DNA of 64,000 bases from positions 23,510-87,509 of the forward strand of contig CAZBTQ010000001.1 of NCBI GenBank assembly GCA_964494405.1, written 5' to 3'. Position numbers and translations under genes: made by a program. Under the pieces are notes generated by a model. The model searched no databases and was not told the origin of the DNA. It was given only the letters and a program-made list of their open reading frames with translations. This DNA comes from an uncultured Iamiaceae bacterium (GTDB lineage Bacteria > Actinomycetota > Acidimicrobiia > Acidimicrobiales > SKKL01). Position 1 is the first letter of the stretch. Each line of letters opens with the position of its first letter. This document shows positions 37,703 to 48,632 of the stretch, piece after piece.

Positions 37703-38296
37703 ATGGACCGACAACAGCTAATTCTTGAGGGCAAGAAACAATACGGGAAAGTGTTTTCAGCCAGTTATATGGGTGAAGACATTATTTTTCGACCCTTGAC
37801 AAGCGCTGAAGTTAAAGAGTATATAGAGCGTTCGAAGTACGAATCTTCCATTGATTTAGAAGAAAGTGTCGTGGAGCGATGTGTCATTTGGCCCATTGAT
37901 GGAGTGGACACTTCAAAATCTGCTGGGTTTGTCTCCAGTCTTTGTGATCAGATTAGAGAGTATTCTGGTTTTAGTGATGAAGAGGTTTTCATTACTGAGC
38001 TGGAAAAAGCCAGAGAAGAATCAGTTAAGGTTACTAATTTAATCAAAGCTTTCATTATTGCCGCGATGCCTTCTCTGTCTCTAGATGAGGTAGAAAACCT
38101 ATCTATCTATAAATCAGCTGAACTGTTAGCTTTGTCGGAAAAGATTCTTGAGTTGCGTGACGCTGGCGCACCGAGGCTCATTCAACAAGATGCTGAAGAG
38201 GAAGCGGACCCAGTCAAATCCAAGTTGATGGCTGGTATGATGCAGGCTATTCATGAAACTAATATGGACGTTTCTAATCTAGAAAAACCGGGGTAA
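37703..38296 (+). CDS. Tail assembly chaperone paralogue
   Basis: KKQYGKVF...IIFRPLTSAE...YSGF similar to the preceding ORF. Confidence 0.6.
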   Translation: MDRQQLILEGKKQYGKVFSASYMGEDIIFRPLTSAEVKEYIERSKYESSIDLEESVVERCVIWPIDGVDTSKSAGFVSSLCDQIREYSGFSDEEVFITELEKAREESVKVTNLIKAFIIAAMPSLSLDEVENLSIYKSAELLALSEKILELRDAGAPRLIQQDAEEEADPVKSKLMAGMMQAIHETNMDVSNLEKPG

Positions 38297-38303
38297 TCCT
38301 TAA

Positions 38304-41300
38304 ATGATAAGAGACCAAGGCCCAATCAACAATGTAGGTTTTGGTGTTCGTCAGCAGGACATCCCCCTCTCCACCGAACCAACTGAGGGCCCCGACCCAC
38401 AAGGCGGGGCTATTGCTAGAAAACTGCATGATGATCCTGTCATGCGGTTTTTTGCTACCTCAGCGGTAACTATGGTCGGGATGCATGTTGGCGGGAAGAT
38501 GCTACGCAAGGGCGGGGTCCGTCTTGGGTACAAACTTGAGAACTCTACCTCCAAGATAGCTCAAGAGGGTATTGAGAAGTACAAAAAAGTACAAGCAGCT
38601 TTAGACTCTTATCAAGGAATTAAGCGAAATTTCGTAGACGACAACCCCCAACAACGCCTCTTTATAAAAGATAAAGACACCAAGATTATCAGAGCTGGAA
38701 CCGTCGTCAACGAAAAACCAACTGACGGGTTCTTCATCAGATTAGAAGAGATCAGAGACGCCAGAGCTAGAAGTCAAGAAGACCCCGTAGCGATGTGGGG
38801 GATGAAGGACGCTATTCAGCAGAGGTTAGTTGCTCAAGCCCGCCGCCTCCCTTACGAGTTACCAGCAGCTTGGGCTATACAACGTGGTGTTACCGATCCC
38901 GTTTTCGGTACCGGAGAATCAGAAACTGAGAAGGTTGATTGGCATAACCCAGTTGATGTAATAACTGACTTCGTAAAACAAAGCACCATCAACATAGCCA
39001 CGATGATCACGCCATTTGAGGCTGGGACAGCTGGTGGGCAACAAGCTTGGCGAAAGTTCATGTCTTATGGCGACGATGCAGTTTTCGCAAGCCAAAACAA
39101 CCAAAACATTAGAACGGCTTCAGTGGGAGTCAGGGCGCTCCTTGAGCGAATGGGCCATGATGCTTCTGAGGTGCTCCAACAAGGGGTTCGGATCAGCGGT
39201 CAAACAACTGGGGCATTCGCTAATGCAATTCAAGCTTCTAAGACTGAAAACGTAGGCCTAGTTGAGCATCTTCATCTTAAGAAAAAGGGGATGGCAGCCT
39301 ACAATAAACAATTAGACTTACAAGGTCTTAGTTCTTCAGAAAAGGGAAGAAAGCTCCTCAAGTTTGCCTTTTCAGAAAACACAGCAGGCGGATCTATAGC
39401 TGATCAGCTCCCTGGCCCATTAAAGGGCATGGTCACTGGTGTTTCAACCTTTGGGCGCACATATCGCCAAATGGGCGAGGGCTACAAGCATCTTGACGAT
39501 CTTATGTCGGGCAGCAGAGCTTTTAGTAACTTTGACAACGAGGAAGTAAGAGCACTACAGAGGGTGGCCGGTGATTCAAACCCAATTGCTGATTTGGCCC
39601 ACAAACTAGCCAATTACTCTGGTGGCGGAAACTTTAAGTCAGGCCGGTTTTATCAAGAATCAATCAGCCAGGAATATCACAAGCAGCTTATTAAACGCTT
39701 ACAGAGCGAACATGGATTATCCAATGAAGGCGCCAAAACATTTGCGGACCATTTCCGGGTAGAACGTCCACATAGAGCCAGCAAAAAAGTTGATATATCT
39801 AATAGACTTAGAATAGGAAACAATCTAGTTCATGAACTGGGTGACACAAACGACTTCTTTGACGCCCTGCATAAAAGAACGTCCTTGTTTAACCAAGCTG
39901 GCGATGCTGAGGTCGTAGCAAGAAACATAACTCAGGCAGTTAAAGAGACGGACCAGCTTTTTGGTGATGCCAGGTTTATGAAGTCCGTTGATGAGAGACT
40001 TCAAAAACAATGGAACCATATTGAAAAGCAAGTAGTCCCTAGGGCAGGTGACGCTCTATTCCGAACCGGTAGGTTGCCATACGAAGACTTTACAGGGCAA
40101 ATAACCGACGCCCAAAGATCCTTCCTGATCAGACGCAGTGCTGAAAAGATGGGTATGACTGTGGTGGACCCAGCTTCGGGCACCAAGGTTGCAGATCATG
40201 TTCTAGAGGCTAATCTACGCAAGTTCGGACTAGATCCCAACAATAGTGCCAGACTTAAAGGTTTCCTAGTTGAGCATGGAGCCATTTCCAAACCTTGGCA
40301 CAGAGATAATCGAAATATTTTTGGACTCAAGCCGCTAACAGTTGGAACCGCCATAGATAGAGGGTTCTTTAAAACTGGGACGGACGCAGACGAAAACATC
40401 AGTAAACTAGCCAACAACATGCGCCTACGAGACCCCATCTCTTCTGAGATTGGAGACTATACTCTGGGCGGCGTCTATCAAACTGGTTCAGGTAAGGTAG
40501 TTGATTTTTCGACCCTCAAGAGAAGAGCTCTCCGATTTGGTGACACGGTTGCCGCCAACTTCCAGATTCCACTCATCCATATCAAACCACTAGAAGCAGT
40601 AGGGTGGAATGTCAAACGCGATGCCAGGGAGCGATCGGTTCTCGAAATCGTTCCAGGGCTTAGTAATCAGGCCTATCTCGGCGATGCTAATCGGATGGAT
40701 GATGACCTGTATGTATGGCTCAAGTCTAGAGGCAGCAAGGGTAAAGTCACTAAGATAGGGGCAACTAAGGAGGGAGAGATTACTTCCCAGCTCTTGGCTG
40801 GTGAATACAAATTGGCTGACCCCGATGCGAATCGGATCATGGGCAGAAACCTTAGGCTAGGAGTCGGCCAAACAGGCACAGCGCCGCTGCGTGGAGATAT
40901 AGAACCCAAAACAAAACCAGGGCAAATGTTGGACAGGTTTGTTGGTAAGGGCTCTAGTCAAAAATTCAAAGATTTCTTTAACATTGACGATCATCAGCCC
41001 GACTCCTTGAAGGGTGTCCTTAGTCGATTCCGCAATCGCCAGGTAGACATTAATAACCCTCAGACTTTTGGCCGACTGCTTAAGGACGGTAGTGCTCGTA
41101 CCCGTAAAGGGACCTTAGCTTTTGCTCAAGATGGAACCGTCACACTTGATGGAAAGTTGCATAAAACATTTGCAGAGGTAGCTGAGGCCTTTGATAATTT
41201 CAATCAGACGACCCGTCCATATGCATGGACGCCACGAGTTGTTCGGGGAATGGAAACAGACCCCAAACTAAAAGGACTGTTTGGCCACACATTCCGGGAT

Positions 41301-44300
41301 TTGGAACCCAAGACAGGGTTAGTTGGGGACAGCGCCGGTTATGTTCCTATTTCCAGTTTGGATTCGAACTCTCAAGTTGTCAACTTTGCTCGTCAACTAC
41401 AAAAGTCCCTTGAAGAGGATGCAATAAATCTGAGCCCCGATAGTGCTAGGGCGCTTAGGGCCGCGCAAAGCTCTCTTATAGAAAAGCATTTGAAGAATGC
41501 CACCGACCCATCATATTGGGATCGTCCGGTGGGCCAGGGAGCTAGAACGGCTACAATCAGTACTCGTATTGACGAGCTGAAGAATAATCTCTACAGAACC
41601 TTAGCCATCAGAGAAGAACTCGTCAACGCCGGATCATTTGATCAAATGCTCCCACGCGTCATGACCAAGCTTGATGATCTAAAGGTTAACGGATCCATAA
41701 CAAGCACCGAGTTCACCGAGGCACGGACAGCCCTGTTGTCGATGCAGATCGACTACCTGAACTATCAGGTTTTCCAGGGGTCTAGGTCATCAGCGGGCAA
41801 CCGAAAAGCAATTATAGATCAACTTCGTGGAAGCCCTGAGTCTGGAGAGTTAATTGGCTCATATTTAACTCAACATTTTGAAACCTCCCCATCATCTTCA
41901 AGAGATTACGCCCTATCTGTAATCCGACGTAAGTTTGGGTCCGCTTCCGACTCTTACGAGGGAGTCGAATTCAACCCGTTTGGTTATGCGGATTCAGTTT
42001 TTGTACCAACCTTTGGAACCGCATATCAGCGCAGCGGGGCTCGTGCTATTGGCAGTGTATTGGGTGTTAACACCTGGTCGAACCCAGAAGCATTTTCGGG
42101 AGCCTCTGTTCCGGTGTCCCACTTCTTTGGTCGACTAAATAAGCCATTGCAGACTCTTGGTATGGGATTGGACATGGGCCGTTATGCTGGTCCACTAGAT
42201 TTCTATGCCAGGGGCGTAATTGGTCAAAGGGCCTTACCGCTTTATGCGGCCGGGGTGGGGGCTTTGACCTTAGACAGAACCTTGGGTGGAATGGTCAACG
42301 AAAAAGACGACCAGGGAAATAGGGTTTATAGCCCGCTTGTCTTAGGCAAAGCAGCTGAGGTGGGGGTCCATGCCCAGGCTCTTGGTGCTGGGGTGGTTCC
42401 TGGTGGAATGGGTTATGATGAGAAGCTAGATCAGATGAAGCATGGTGAAGTAGCCGTGCGTCAAGGTAGGTATTGGCTTCTGGGTAATAGCCCTTGGGCT
42501 GGGGGACGTATTCAATACTACAGACCTTCTTGGTATCGTAGATTGCAATCTGGGGCACAGTACACAGATGAGACTTTTGGAACCCCTCTGGAAAGGCTAG
42601 CCTATGGTTACGACTTCTCCCCGTTAAGGCCGATAGATCCATACCACTATGAGAAAAAAACCGCTGAAGACAGACCCTATCCTGTAACCGGAGATTACTT
42701 CACTGGCCCCTGGGGACCCTTAACCCCAGCGCTCAATGCTACAGTTGGTCGTTTTCTTAAACCAGAAAAGGTCATGCACCAAGAGGCTCTTCAGCGGGGG
42801 TTGAGCAGTTATGCCGCCATCGGAGAAAGTGGCATGTATGACGCCCAGGGTCTTTATGGTGGGTCAGCCAGTGGCTTTGGCCCGGGGGAAGGTGGCGCTG
42901 TCCCACAGATACAGGCGGCCGTTAGAGGCGTTGCCGCAGGGCCAACCATCTCAAGCTCAAGACTTGCTGCGGAATCGAGTCTTCAAGCCAGCAACCAGCA
43001 ATTGATTTCGGCAGGTGGTCAGTCAGTAAACTCCGCCCAAGTACGAACCGCACAGGCCCTTGGCGCAAGCAACGAGCGCTTGATCCAAGCTGCTGGGCAG
43101 CCAGGAACAGTCAGGCCGCCGATCGTACCTAATGAACGGGTGGTGACCAGGGGTGGTTTAGAGAACCAAGCTTCAGAAACAGGTTATCGACTACAGGAGC
43201 TTTTTGGTATTTATGGCTTCGCCTTTGGCTCGACAAGAGAGTTTCTTGGTTATGGGAACCAAGACATGTCTCTGAGCAACCCCGTCCTGCAGTCTTCGTC
43301 ATATGCCTTTGGTTCATCAAGGGGCTTCTGGGATCTCAACCTTGGTGGTTTGGGTGACTTCCCCACACCATTCGAGGGTAACTTCGCCAACCTAGAGTTC
43401 TCTGAAGTTGCTCGCCGTTTTGTTCCTAAAGAACGAACCGATATGAACTACATCAACCCAATTGAAAACCGAATGGGTAAGATGTATCCATGGCTCCCTG
43501 GTCCAGGGTCCATTGACGATTTCCATCATGGCGATCCTTATAGCCAGGTTGTTGAAGGGGAATTGAGGCTCCCCGGGACTGCTTATGAGCGACTAAATAA
43601 TCTGCACTCAGATCAATATGGTCGCTACGGGTTGATTGATCAATTTAAAATCTTAGGTGATGTTGCTCCTTATAGTGAACAATATCGCGAGGTCAACAGG
43701 ATGATAGACTCTCATCCTGAGGCAGATGACTATCGTAATGTCATTGAAACAACTAGAGCTCAGGTTCAAGCAAAAAGCAAGAGATACGAATTCTCCCCCT
43801 ATAAATATAAGTATTCATCAGCTGACGAATTGGATATGAGCGATCTTGAATTTAATGTTCGTCAAGGTTTTGAGAAAATCCAACACGCAGGAACTTATTT
43901 CAACACAAAGTTCATGCCACACAACACAGCTGTTGAAGACTGGGAGCAGAACCATATCTATGGGTCAACTTTCCCTTCCTGGAGCCACCCGTATAGAGAT
44001 TTTGTTGAACCCTTGGTGCAACAGAACGCTCAACGTAATCCACTACTTGCCGGTTTGGCCCTGGGCACGGTTGGCTCGCTTTTTGGGGTCAGCCGTGGAG
44101 CCAAGGCTGTTGGCGGTACCTTGGGCGCAGCTTTGGGCTTCGGGGCCTCAGGTTATGTCCAAACTAAAGAGGCTATAACCGGGGAACGTCACATCCCGGA
44201 ATCTCGGCTCAAGGAAATGGCTGTTGAGGAACAGACCGATATCTTGGAATTCGTTAAATATCGACGACTAGAGAATCAAGCCAAGATGTTGGGGGATTCA

Positions 44301-44843
44301 GCTATGGCCTCAGAGTTCCAAAGGCTTTCCCGTAATACAATGTATGGAGCAGACCTCAGAACCCTAAACCCCACAGAGCTAGCTCAGGCGGTCCCTAAGC
44401 GCAAGCGAGAGCACTTCCTTGAGATGCTCCAGGCCCCGGAGCAGGAACGCGAGAGGATCCTTTCTACGGCCCCTAGACTGGAACGCAGACTCTATCAAGC
44501 TGCGTGGGGGTATAAGGTAGAGGAGCGCCCTGACTTGGTCGAGTACTTCCAAGATCATGAGCTCCCGCCAGAGGATAGCCCGATCTGGCAACCCAACTCT
44601 TCGATGAGTGACATACAGATCAAAGTGGCCCAGTCCTTGGGTCTGGATCTAGCTCAAATGGGTTACTACCCACAACAGATCTCCGAAGCCAACCTCATCA
44701 ACCCCACTTACCCAGACCATAGAAAAGGGTCTAGTGAAGCAGAGATTAGGAGATTTTTAAGCATGAACAACATCGACGCAGATGTGGTCCCTATTAGGAC
44801 TCAGGGCGGAAATGGTTCGATAAGGTTTAATGGTGGTTATTAG
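38304..44843 (+). CDS. Tape measure-like/ejection protein (2179 aa)
   Basis: Very long, largely helical ORF after chaperones; Gly-rich hydrophobic segments (LLAGLALGTVGSLFG...GAALGFG). Confidence 0.65.
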   Translation: MIRDQGPINNVGFGVRQQDIPLSTEPTEGPDPQGGAIARKLHDDPVMRFFATSAVTMVGMHVGGKMLRKGGVRLGYKLENSTSKIAQEGIEKYKKVQAALDSYQGIKRNFVDDNPQQRLFIKDKDTKIIRAGTVVNEKPTDGFFIRLEEIRDARARSQEDPVAMWGMKDAIQQRLVAQARRLPYELPAAWAIQRGVTDPVFGTGESETEKVDWHNPVDVITDFVKQSTINIATMITPFEAGTAGGQQAWRKFMSYGDDAVFASQNNQNIRTASVGVRALLERMGHDASEVLQQGVRISGQTTGAFANAIQASKTENVGLVEHLHLKKKGMAAYNKQLDLQGLSSSEKGRKLLKFAFSENTAGGSIADQLPGPLKGMVTGVSTFGRTYRQMGEGYKHLDDLMSGSRAFSNFDNEEVRALQRVAGDSNPIADLAHKLANYSGGGNFKSGRFYQESISQEYHKQLIKRLQSEHGLSNEGAKTFADHFRVERPHRASKKVDISNRLRIGNNLVHELGDTNDFFDALHKRTSLFNQAGDAEVVARNITQAVKETDQLFGDARFMKSVDERLQKQWNHIEKQVVPRAGDALFRTGRLPYEDFTGQITDAQRSFLIRRSAEKMGMTVVDPASGTKVADHVLEANLRKFGLDPNNSARLKGFLVEHGAISKPWHRDNRNIFGLKPLTVGTAIDRGFFKTGTDADENISKLANNMRLRDPISSEIGDYTLGGVYQTGSGKVVDFSTLKRRALRFGDTVAANFQIPLIHIKPLEAVGWNVKRDARERSVLEIVPGLSNQAYLGDANRMDDDLYVWLKSRGSKGKVTKIGATKEGEITSQLLAGEYKLADPDANRIMGRNLRLGVGQTGTAPLRGDIEPKTKPGQMLDRFVGKGSSQKFKDFFNIDDHQPDSLKGVLSRFRNRQVDINNPQTFGRLLKDGSARTRKGTLAFAQDGTVTLDGKLHKTFAEVAEAFDNFNQTTRPYAWTPRVVRGMETDPKLKGLFGHTFRDLEPKTGLVGDSAGYVPISSLDSNSQVVNFARQLQKSLEEDAINLSPDSARALRAAQSSLIEKHLKNATDPSYWDRPVGQGARTATISTRIDELKNNLYRTLAIREELVNAGSFDQMLPRVMTKLDDLKVNGSITSTEFTEARTALLSMQIDYLNYQVFQGSRSSAGNRKAIIDQLRGSPESGELIGSYLTQHFETSPSSSRDYALSVIRRKFGSASDSYEGVEFNPFGYADSVFVPTFGTAYQRSGARAIGSVLGVNTWSNPEAFSGASVPVSHFFGRLNKPLQTLGMGLDMGRYAGPLDFYARGVIGQRALPLYAAGVGALTLDRTLGGMVNEKDDQGNRVYSPLVLGKAAEVGVHAQALGAGVVPGGMGYDEKLDQMKHGEVAVRQGRYWLLGNSPWAGGRIQYYRPSWYRRLQSGAQYTDETFGTPLERLAYGYDFSPLRPIDPYHYEKKTAEDRPYPVTGDYFTGPWGPLTPALNATVGRFLKPEKVMHQEALQRGLSSYAAIGESGMYDAQGLYGGSASGFGPGEGGAVPQIQAAVRGVAAGPTISSSRLAAESSLQASNQQLISAGGQSVNSAQVRTAQALGASNERLIQAAGQPGTVRPPIVPNERVVTRGGLENQASETGYRLQELFGIYGFAFGSTREFLGYGNQDMSLSNPVLQSSSYAFGSSRGFWDLNLGGLGDFPTPFEGNFANLEFSEVARRFVPKERTDMNYINPIENRMGKMYPWLPGPGSIDDFHHGDPYSQVVEGELRLPGTAYERLNNLHSDQYGRYGLIDQFKILGDVAPYSEQYREVNRMIDSHPEADDYRNVIETTRAQVQAKSKRYEFSPYKYKYSSADELDMSDLEFNVRQGFEKIQHAGTYFNTKFMPHNTAVEDWEQNHIYGSTFPSWSHPYRDFVEPLVQQNAQRNPLLAGLALGTVGSLFGVSRGAKAVGGTLGAALGFGASGYVQTKEAITGERHIPESRLKEMAVEEQTDILEFVKYRRLENQAKMLGDSAMASEFQRLSRNTMYGADLRTLNPTELAQAVPKRKREHFLEMLQAPEQERERILSTAPRLERRLYQAAWGYKVEERPDLVEYFQDHELPPEDSPIWQPNSSMSDIQIKVAQSLGLDLAQMGYYPQQISEANLINPTYPDHRKGSSEAEIRRFLSMNNIDADVVPIRTQGGNGSIRFNGGY

Positions 44844-47800
44844 TGCCTGATGATTTTCTACAATATCTAATCGATAGACTACATCGTAGGAGTGGAACTA
44901 CTGAGGTCCATTTCGACAGCGAGGGCCGCCCCCAGTTCGTAGATATTGCAACCGGGCAAGTTCATGCTACTCATACCGCAGCTAAGAGACTTGATCTAGA
45001 GACGGGGATAACTGGAGCAAGGAGTCAATTTGACAAACTTGGATCATCAAGGTCCTCCTCAGGCACTCAACACTCCGGGATTATCGAGGTGCTGCAACAA
45101 AGGCTGCCCGATCACGAAATTGTCTTTGAGACTTACGATCTAGATCAGTCGAGTACACGGGAATTCATCAAAAGACATAAAACATCATCTGGGAAGATGA
45201 AAGGTTTTATAATGCCTGATACAGGTACCACTTCTGTTCTACGCATTAAAAAGGGGGGCAAGGAGCTTACCTACGAACAAATTGTCAAGGTGATGGAGCG
45301 AGAGCTTGATTTCTTCATGGACCCTGGTGGTTTGAAGCGTGTTCGTGGTTTATTCAATCCCGTTAAGTATTCTGCAACGACGTCTAATCCGGTAAGCGCT
45401 TTTGCCTTGGATCCATCGAACCTTGACTCGGGCCCCTTGAATCAATTTTTCCGCTCTGGTGGACTGAGCGATAAAACTATGAAGCACGCCTTGGATGGTG
45501 CTGTAGTCATGAACCCTAGAATGGTTAATTTGTTTATTCGACGAACACAATATCGAGCCGACGAGATTCTAGCAGATTATGGGTTTAAGGGTAAACTTTC
45601 TGAGATGGAAAAATTTGCCAGATCGGTAAAGGTGGATACCCTAGAAGATGCAGCACGTATCCAGACTGCATTAGGACATATCGCTGACGCTAGAGAGCTA
45701 GCCCAGGCCAAGAAAGGCTCTGGTGAAGTATTTAACTTGAGGGCTTACGGTCTTGATGTTGAGGGAGCCGATGGGACCTCCCTGAAAGGTAACGTAATTA
45801 TTGGAGCGCAAGATGCATTTAATGAGCTGGAGCAGATTTATAATAGAGAGTTTACATACATAGGCGGGGCTGACAACTTTAAATCTGAAGGTGGACTGGG
45901 TGGAGCCAAAGGAACCTTCCACACTTTGGACCCTCGCCGTGGATCTCGTGGGAAGAATGTTTATCTGGATATTGACACAATGTTGACTCATCAAGATTTC
46001 TACGATCCCGCAGACATGGAAGCTCATGCCAGAGAACTTTTCAGACAAAATTTCGCCGAAATCGAAGCAGGCAGACTCCCGGAAAATCTTCGTAAGAATC
46101 TACAGAATTTAAGACCAGATATACTGCCTGGGGACCCATTAGCGAATATCCTAACCCAAGAAAGACAGGGGTGGGAATCTGGTTTGGCCATCTTAGAACA
46201 GGCAGGTTTATCAGTCTCCGATCACCCCACATTGATAAGACAACTGCTTGGGCAGCACCAAGACATGTTTACCGGTAAAAACGGTAGACCCAGATTACCC
46301 CTGCCCGACGCTATCCGTGGTGAAGTGCTTTCAGAGCAGATCTATAAGCAAGGGGTACTTCCAGACACAGCCCATAAGAAGATATCTCCGATGGTGACTG
46401 ACATTTTGCATGGAGATAATGTCGTTCTTTCTGATTTAGATACTCGACTTTTCCATAAAGCTTTTGGTGGGTTCGACCTTGACGACGCCTTGATCTCAAT
46501 GGTTCGTTGGGACGAAAAACAAAAACGCTTAAAATTGGTCATGTCTCGTCAGCCGACCGGCATTGGAGAACAGGCTGTTTTTGACATCGACGCAAGATCT
46601 CGTGTTATCGACACCATTTTAGAACAAAGGGGGGATGACGAAGCTCAGCTACTATTGGCACAACGCAACGAAGCGCGAAGAGTCATTGATCAAATTGACG
46701 GCATGCTGCAAACGGGAACTTACGATGCCGCAACTAGGGGGACGCTAGATTTCGTTTACCAGATGAATCAGTCTATTTTGGCAGATGAACAAGCTTTGAG
46801 TAGAGTCATAACTCACCACAAAGACACGGACCAGATCCTCGCTAAGAGCGTTATATGGAACCAACTTGATGAAGTGTCTGAACTGGAAAGCAGTTTAGCC
46901 TCCGGTACCTTGGATGCAGAAGCCACGAAACAAGCTAAAAGAGAACTAGCTGAGCTGAAGATCTTAGAGAAAAAAGCTGTTGAGTTAAAGGCTCGTACGG
47001 GATATAAGAAACTTGGTGTTCACCCCATCCTTCTTCAAATGCAGAACCTTGAAGAAGCTGCTGATGAAGCTTTTGATGCTATTGGGTCTGACTATGTAAT
47101 AGATCAGTTAGAGAGAGTTCAGAAGACAAAAGGCTTGTTGGGTCGAGCTTCAAATGCAAGAATGATTGTTGCCTCTGTGATCAACGACAATTGGGAGGAG
47201 ATCAATCAGTTAGATGATACTTTCGCTGGAAGCGTTAGGTATTTCGAACAAGAGAACGTCATTGACGCCATGACAAAACTTTTGACTGATGCTTCTGGGG
47301 ATAGTGTTATCGAGAGTGGCATTGAGGAGATGTATAAGGATCTTGGTCGCTTGTTTGGGGGAGCAGCGGATCAAGGGGTTAATCTCACAATAGACAGCAA
47401 GCTTTTAGCTGTAGCGGGTAAAGGGGGAGCTATTGGTTCCATGGTTGAGGGTTTGGGAGAAATTTCCAAGACCTTGAAGATAACTGATTTCATGGCTGAG
47501 GAGGGCAGATACTCAGAAATGACAGCGGTTTACGACAGATTGATGCAGGACTTCGATGACGAAACTGCTACCTTGGTCGATGCAGCCAGATTAGCTGGTG
47601 GGATGGAAAATGTAGCCTTTAGCTTTGACGACATGCAGGAAGCTAAGGTATTCTCAGAATTTGCTGGCACTCGCATGCGTGCTGTTAGTGAATTTCTTGA
47701 CTCAGAAGATCAGCTAGATGAAATCTTTCCTATGTTTGGCATGGACGATGTTTCTCGCTTGAGCTATTTTGAGGCCAACAAAGACATCTTGCAATATGTT

Positions 47801-48631
47801 GGTGATTGGGCTGATGAGGCAGATGACGTTGATGCATTCCTCCATCGTTTTGGGGCGATGATGCAACATATGGAATCCGGTAAAGGTGGGAGGCTACAAA
47901 ATATACTCAACAAATCTTTCTATGGTGTGGATAGACTAGACGATGGGACGCTTTATAAGCGTGGGGTAGACATGTCTTACTTGTCTCAAGCCACTCAAGC
48001 CTACTTTAATGTCCAGTCTCATGAAGCTGGCAGAGTTCTGCTTGATGACGAAATATATCAGAAGCAACTAAACTTCCTAAATGAAGCTAGAACTCGGATA
48101 GGCGCTGGAGAAATCTTGGATGCAGCCCAAGAACGGGTAGTGCAACTTCCTGGCGCCACTAAAGCTTATGAGGGGGCTAAAGCAGCGGCAGCCGCTAAAT
48201 ACATAAGAAGAGAAAGCGATGAGGCAACTAGGCTGGTCAGTCTTTTCGATAAAGATTTGTGGTCCAGAGCTTTTAGAAACCCGACCACATTAAAAGTTGG
48301 GGCGGGGTTACTAGGATTAGTAGGGTTTTCGTTTGCTTATCAGAGCAACAAGGGTCGTTCAGCTGAAGATATGCAAGGTCCGAGCAACCTTCCAGGCGGT
48401 TCCGCCTATGAACAAATACCACCACCTCAATTGAATTATTCTCCTCCAGGCCAATATTCCGGGTCCGGTTTGGGCACCAACTACCAGATCCAAATGCGTG
48501 GAGACTTTAATTCGTCAGAGATGGCTGACAGTCTCTCAGCTTTGACCGGCTCAGACGTTCATGGTACCATGTATAAACGCAATCAACCTAATTTTGATTC
48601 ATCTTATGGCTCGATAGCAGGACAATATTAA
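44843..48631 (+). CDS. Large virion/ejection protein; possible single-chain two-barrel RNA polymerase-like protein
   Basis: LDG...FNLRAYG...LKGNV...NFK...VYLD, RLPLP, GGFDLDD and RQPT motifs; C-terminal hydrophobic helix. The ORF is certain; the function is speculative. Confidence 0.45.
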   Translation: MPDDFLQYLIDRLHRRSGTTEVHFDSEGRPQFVDIATGQVHATHTAAKRLDLETGITGARSQFDKLGSSRSSSGTQHSGIIEVLQQRLPDHEIVFETYDLDQSSTREFIKRHKTSSGKMKGFIMPDTGTTSVLRIKKGGKELTYEQIVKVMERELDFFMDPGGLKRVRGLFNPVKYSATTSNPVSAFALDPSNLDSGPLNQFFRSGGLSDKTMKHALDGAVVMNPRMVNLFIRRTQYRADEILADYGFKGKLSEMEKFARSVKVDTLEDAARIQTALGHIADARELAQAKKGSGEVFNLRAYGLDVEGADGTSLKGNVIIGAQDAFNELEQIYNREFTYIGGADNFKSEGGLGGAKGTFHTLDPRRGSRGKNVYLDIDTMLTHQDFYDPADMEAHARELFRQNFAEIEAGRLPENLRKNLQNLRPDILPGDPLANILTQERQGWESGLAILEQAGLSVSDHPTLIRQLLGQHQDMFTGKNGRPRLPLPDAIRGEVLSEQIYKQGVLPDTAHKKISPMVTDILHGDNVVLSDLDTRLFHKAFGGFDLDDALISMVRWDEKQKRLKLVMSRQPTGIGEQAVFDIDARSRVIDTILEQRGDDEAQLLLAQRNEARRVIDQIDGMLQTGTYDAATRGTLDFVYQMNQSILADEQALSRVITHHKDTDQILAKSVIWNQLDEVSELESSLASGTLDAEATKQAKRELAELKILEKKAVELKARTGYKKLGVHPILLQMQNLEEAADEAFDAIGSDYVIDQLERVQKTKGLLGRASNARMIVASVINDNWEEINQLDDTFAGSVRYFEQENVIDAMTKLLTDASGDSVIESGIEEMYKDLGRLFGGAADQGVNLTIDSKLLAVAGKGGAIGSMVEGLGEISKTLKITDFMAEEGRYSEMTAVYDRLMQDFDDETATLVDAARLAGGMENVAFSFDDMQEAKVFSEFAGTRMRAVSEFLDSEDQLDEIFPMFGMDDVSRLSYFEANKDILQYVGDWADEADDVDAFLHRFGAMMQHMESGKGGRLQNILNKSFYGVDRLDDGTLYKRGVDMSYLSQATQAYFNVQSHEAGRVLLDDEIYQKQLNFLNEARTRIGAGEILDAAQERVVQLPGATKAYEGAKAAAAAKYIRRESDEATRLVSLFDKDLWSRAFRNPTTLKVGAGLLGLVGFSFAYQSNKGRSAEDMQGPSNLPGGSAYEQIPPPQLNYSPPGQYSGSGLGTNYQIQMRGDFNSSEMADSLSALTGSDVHGTMYKRNQPNFDSSYGSIAGQY

Positions 48632-48632
48632 A

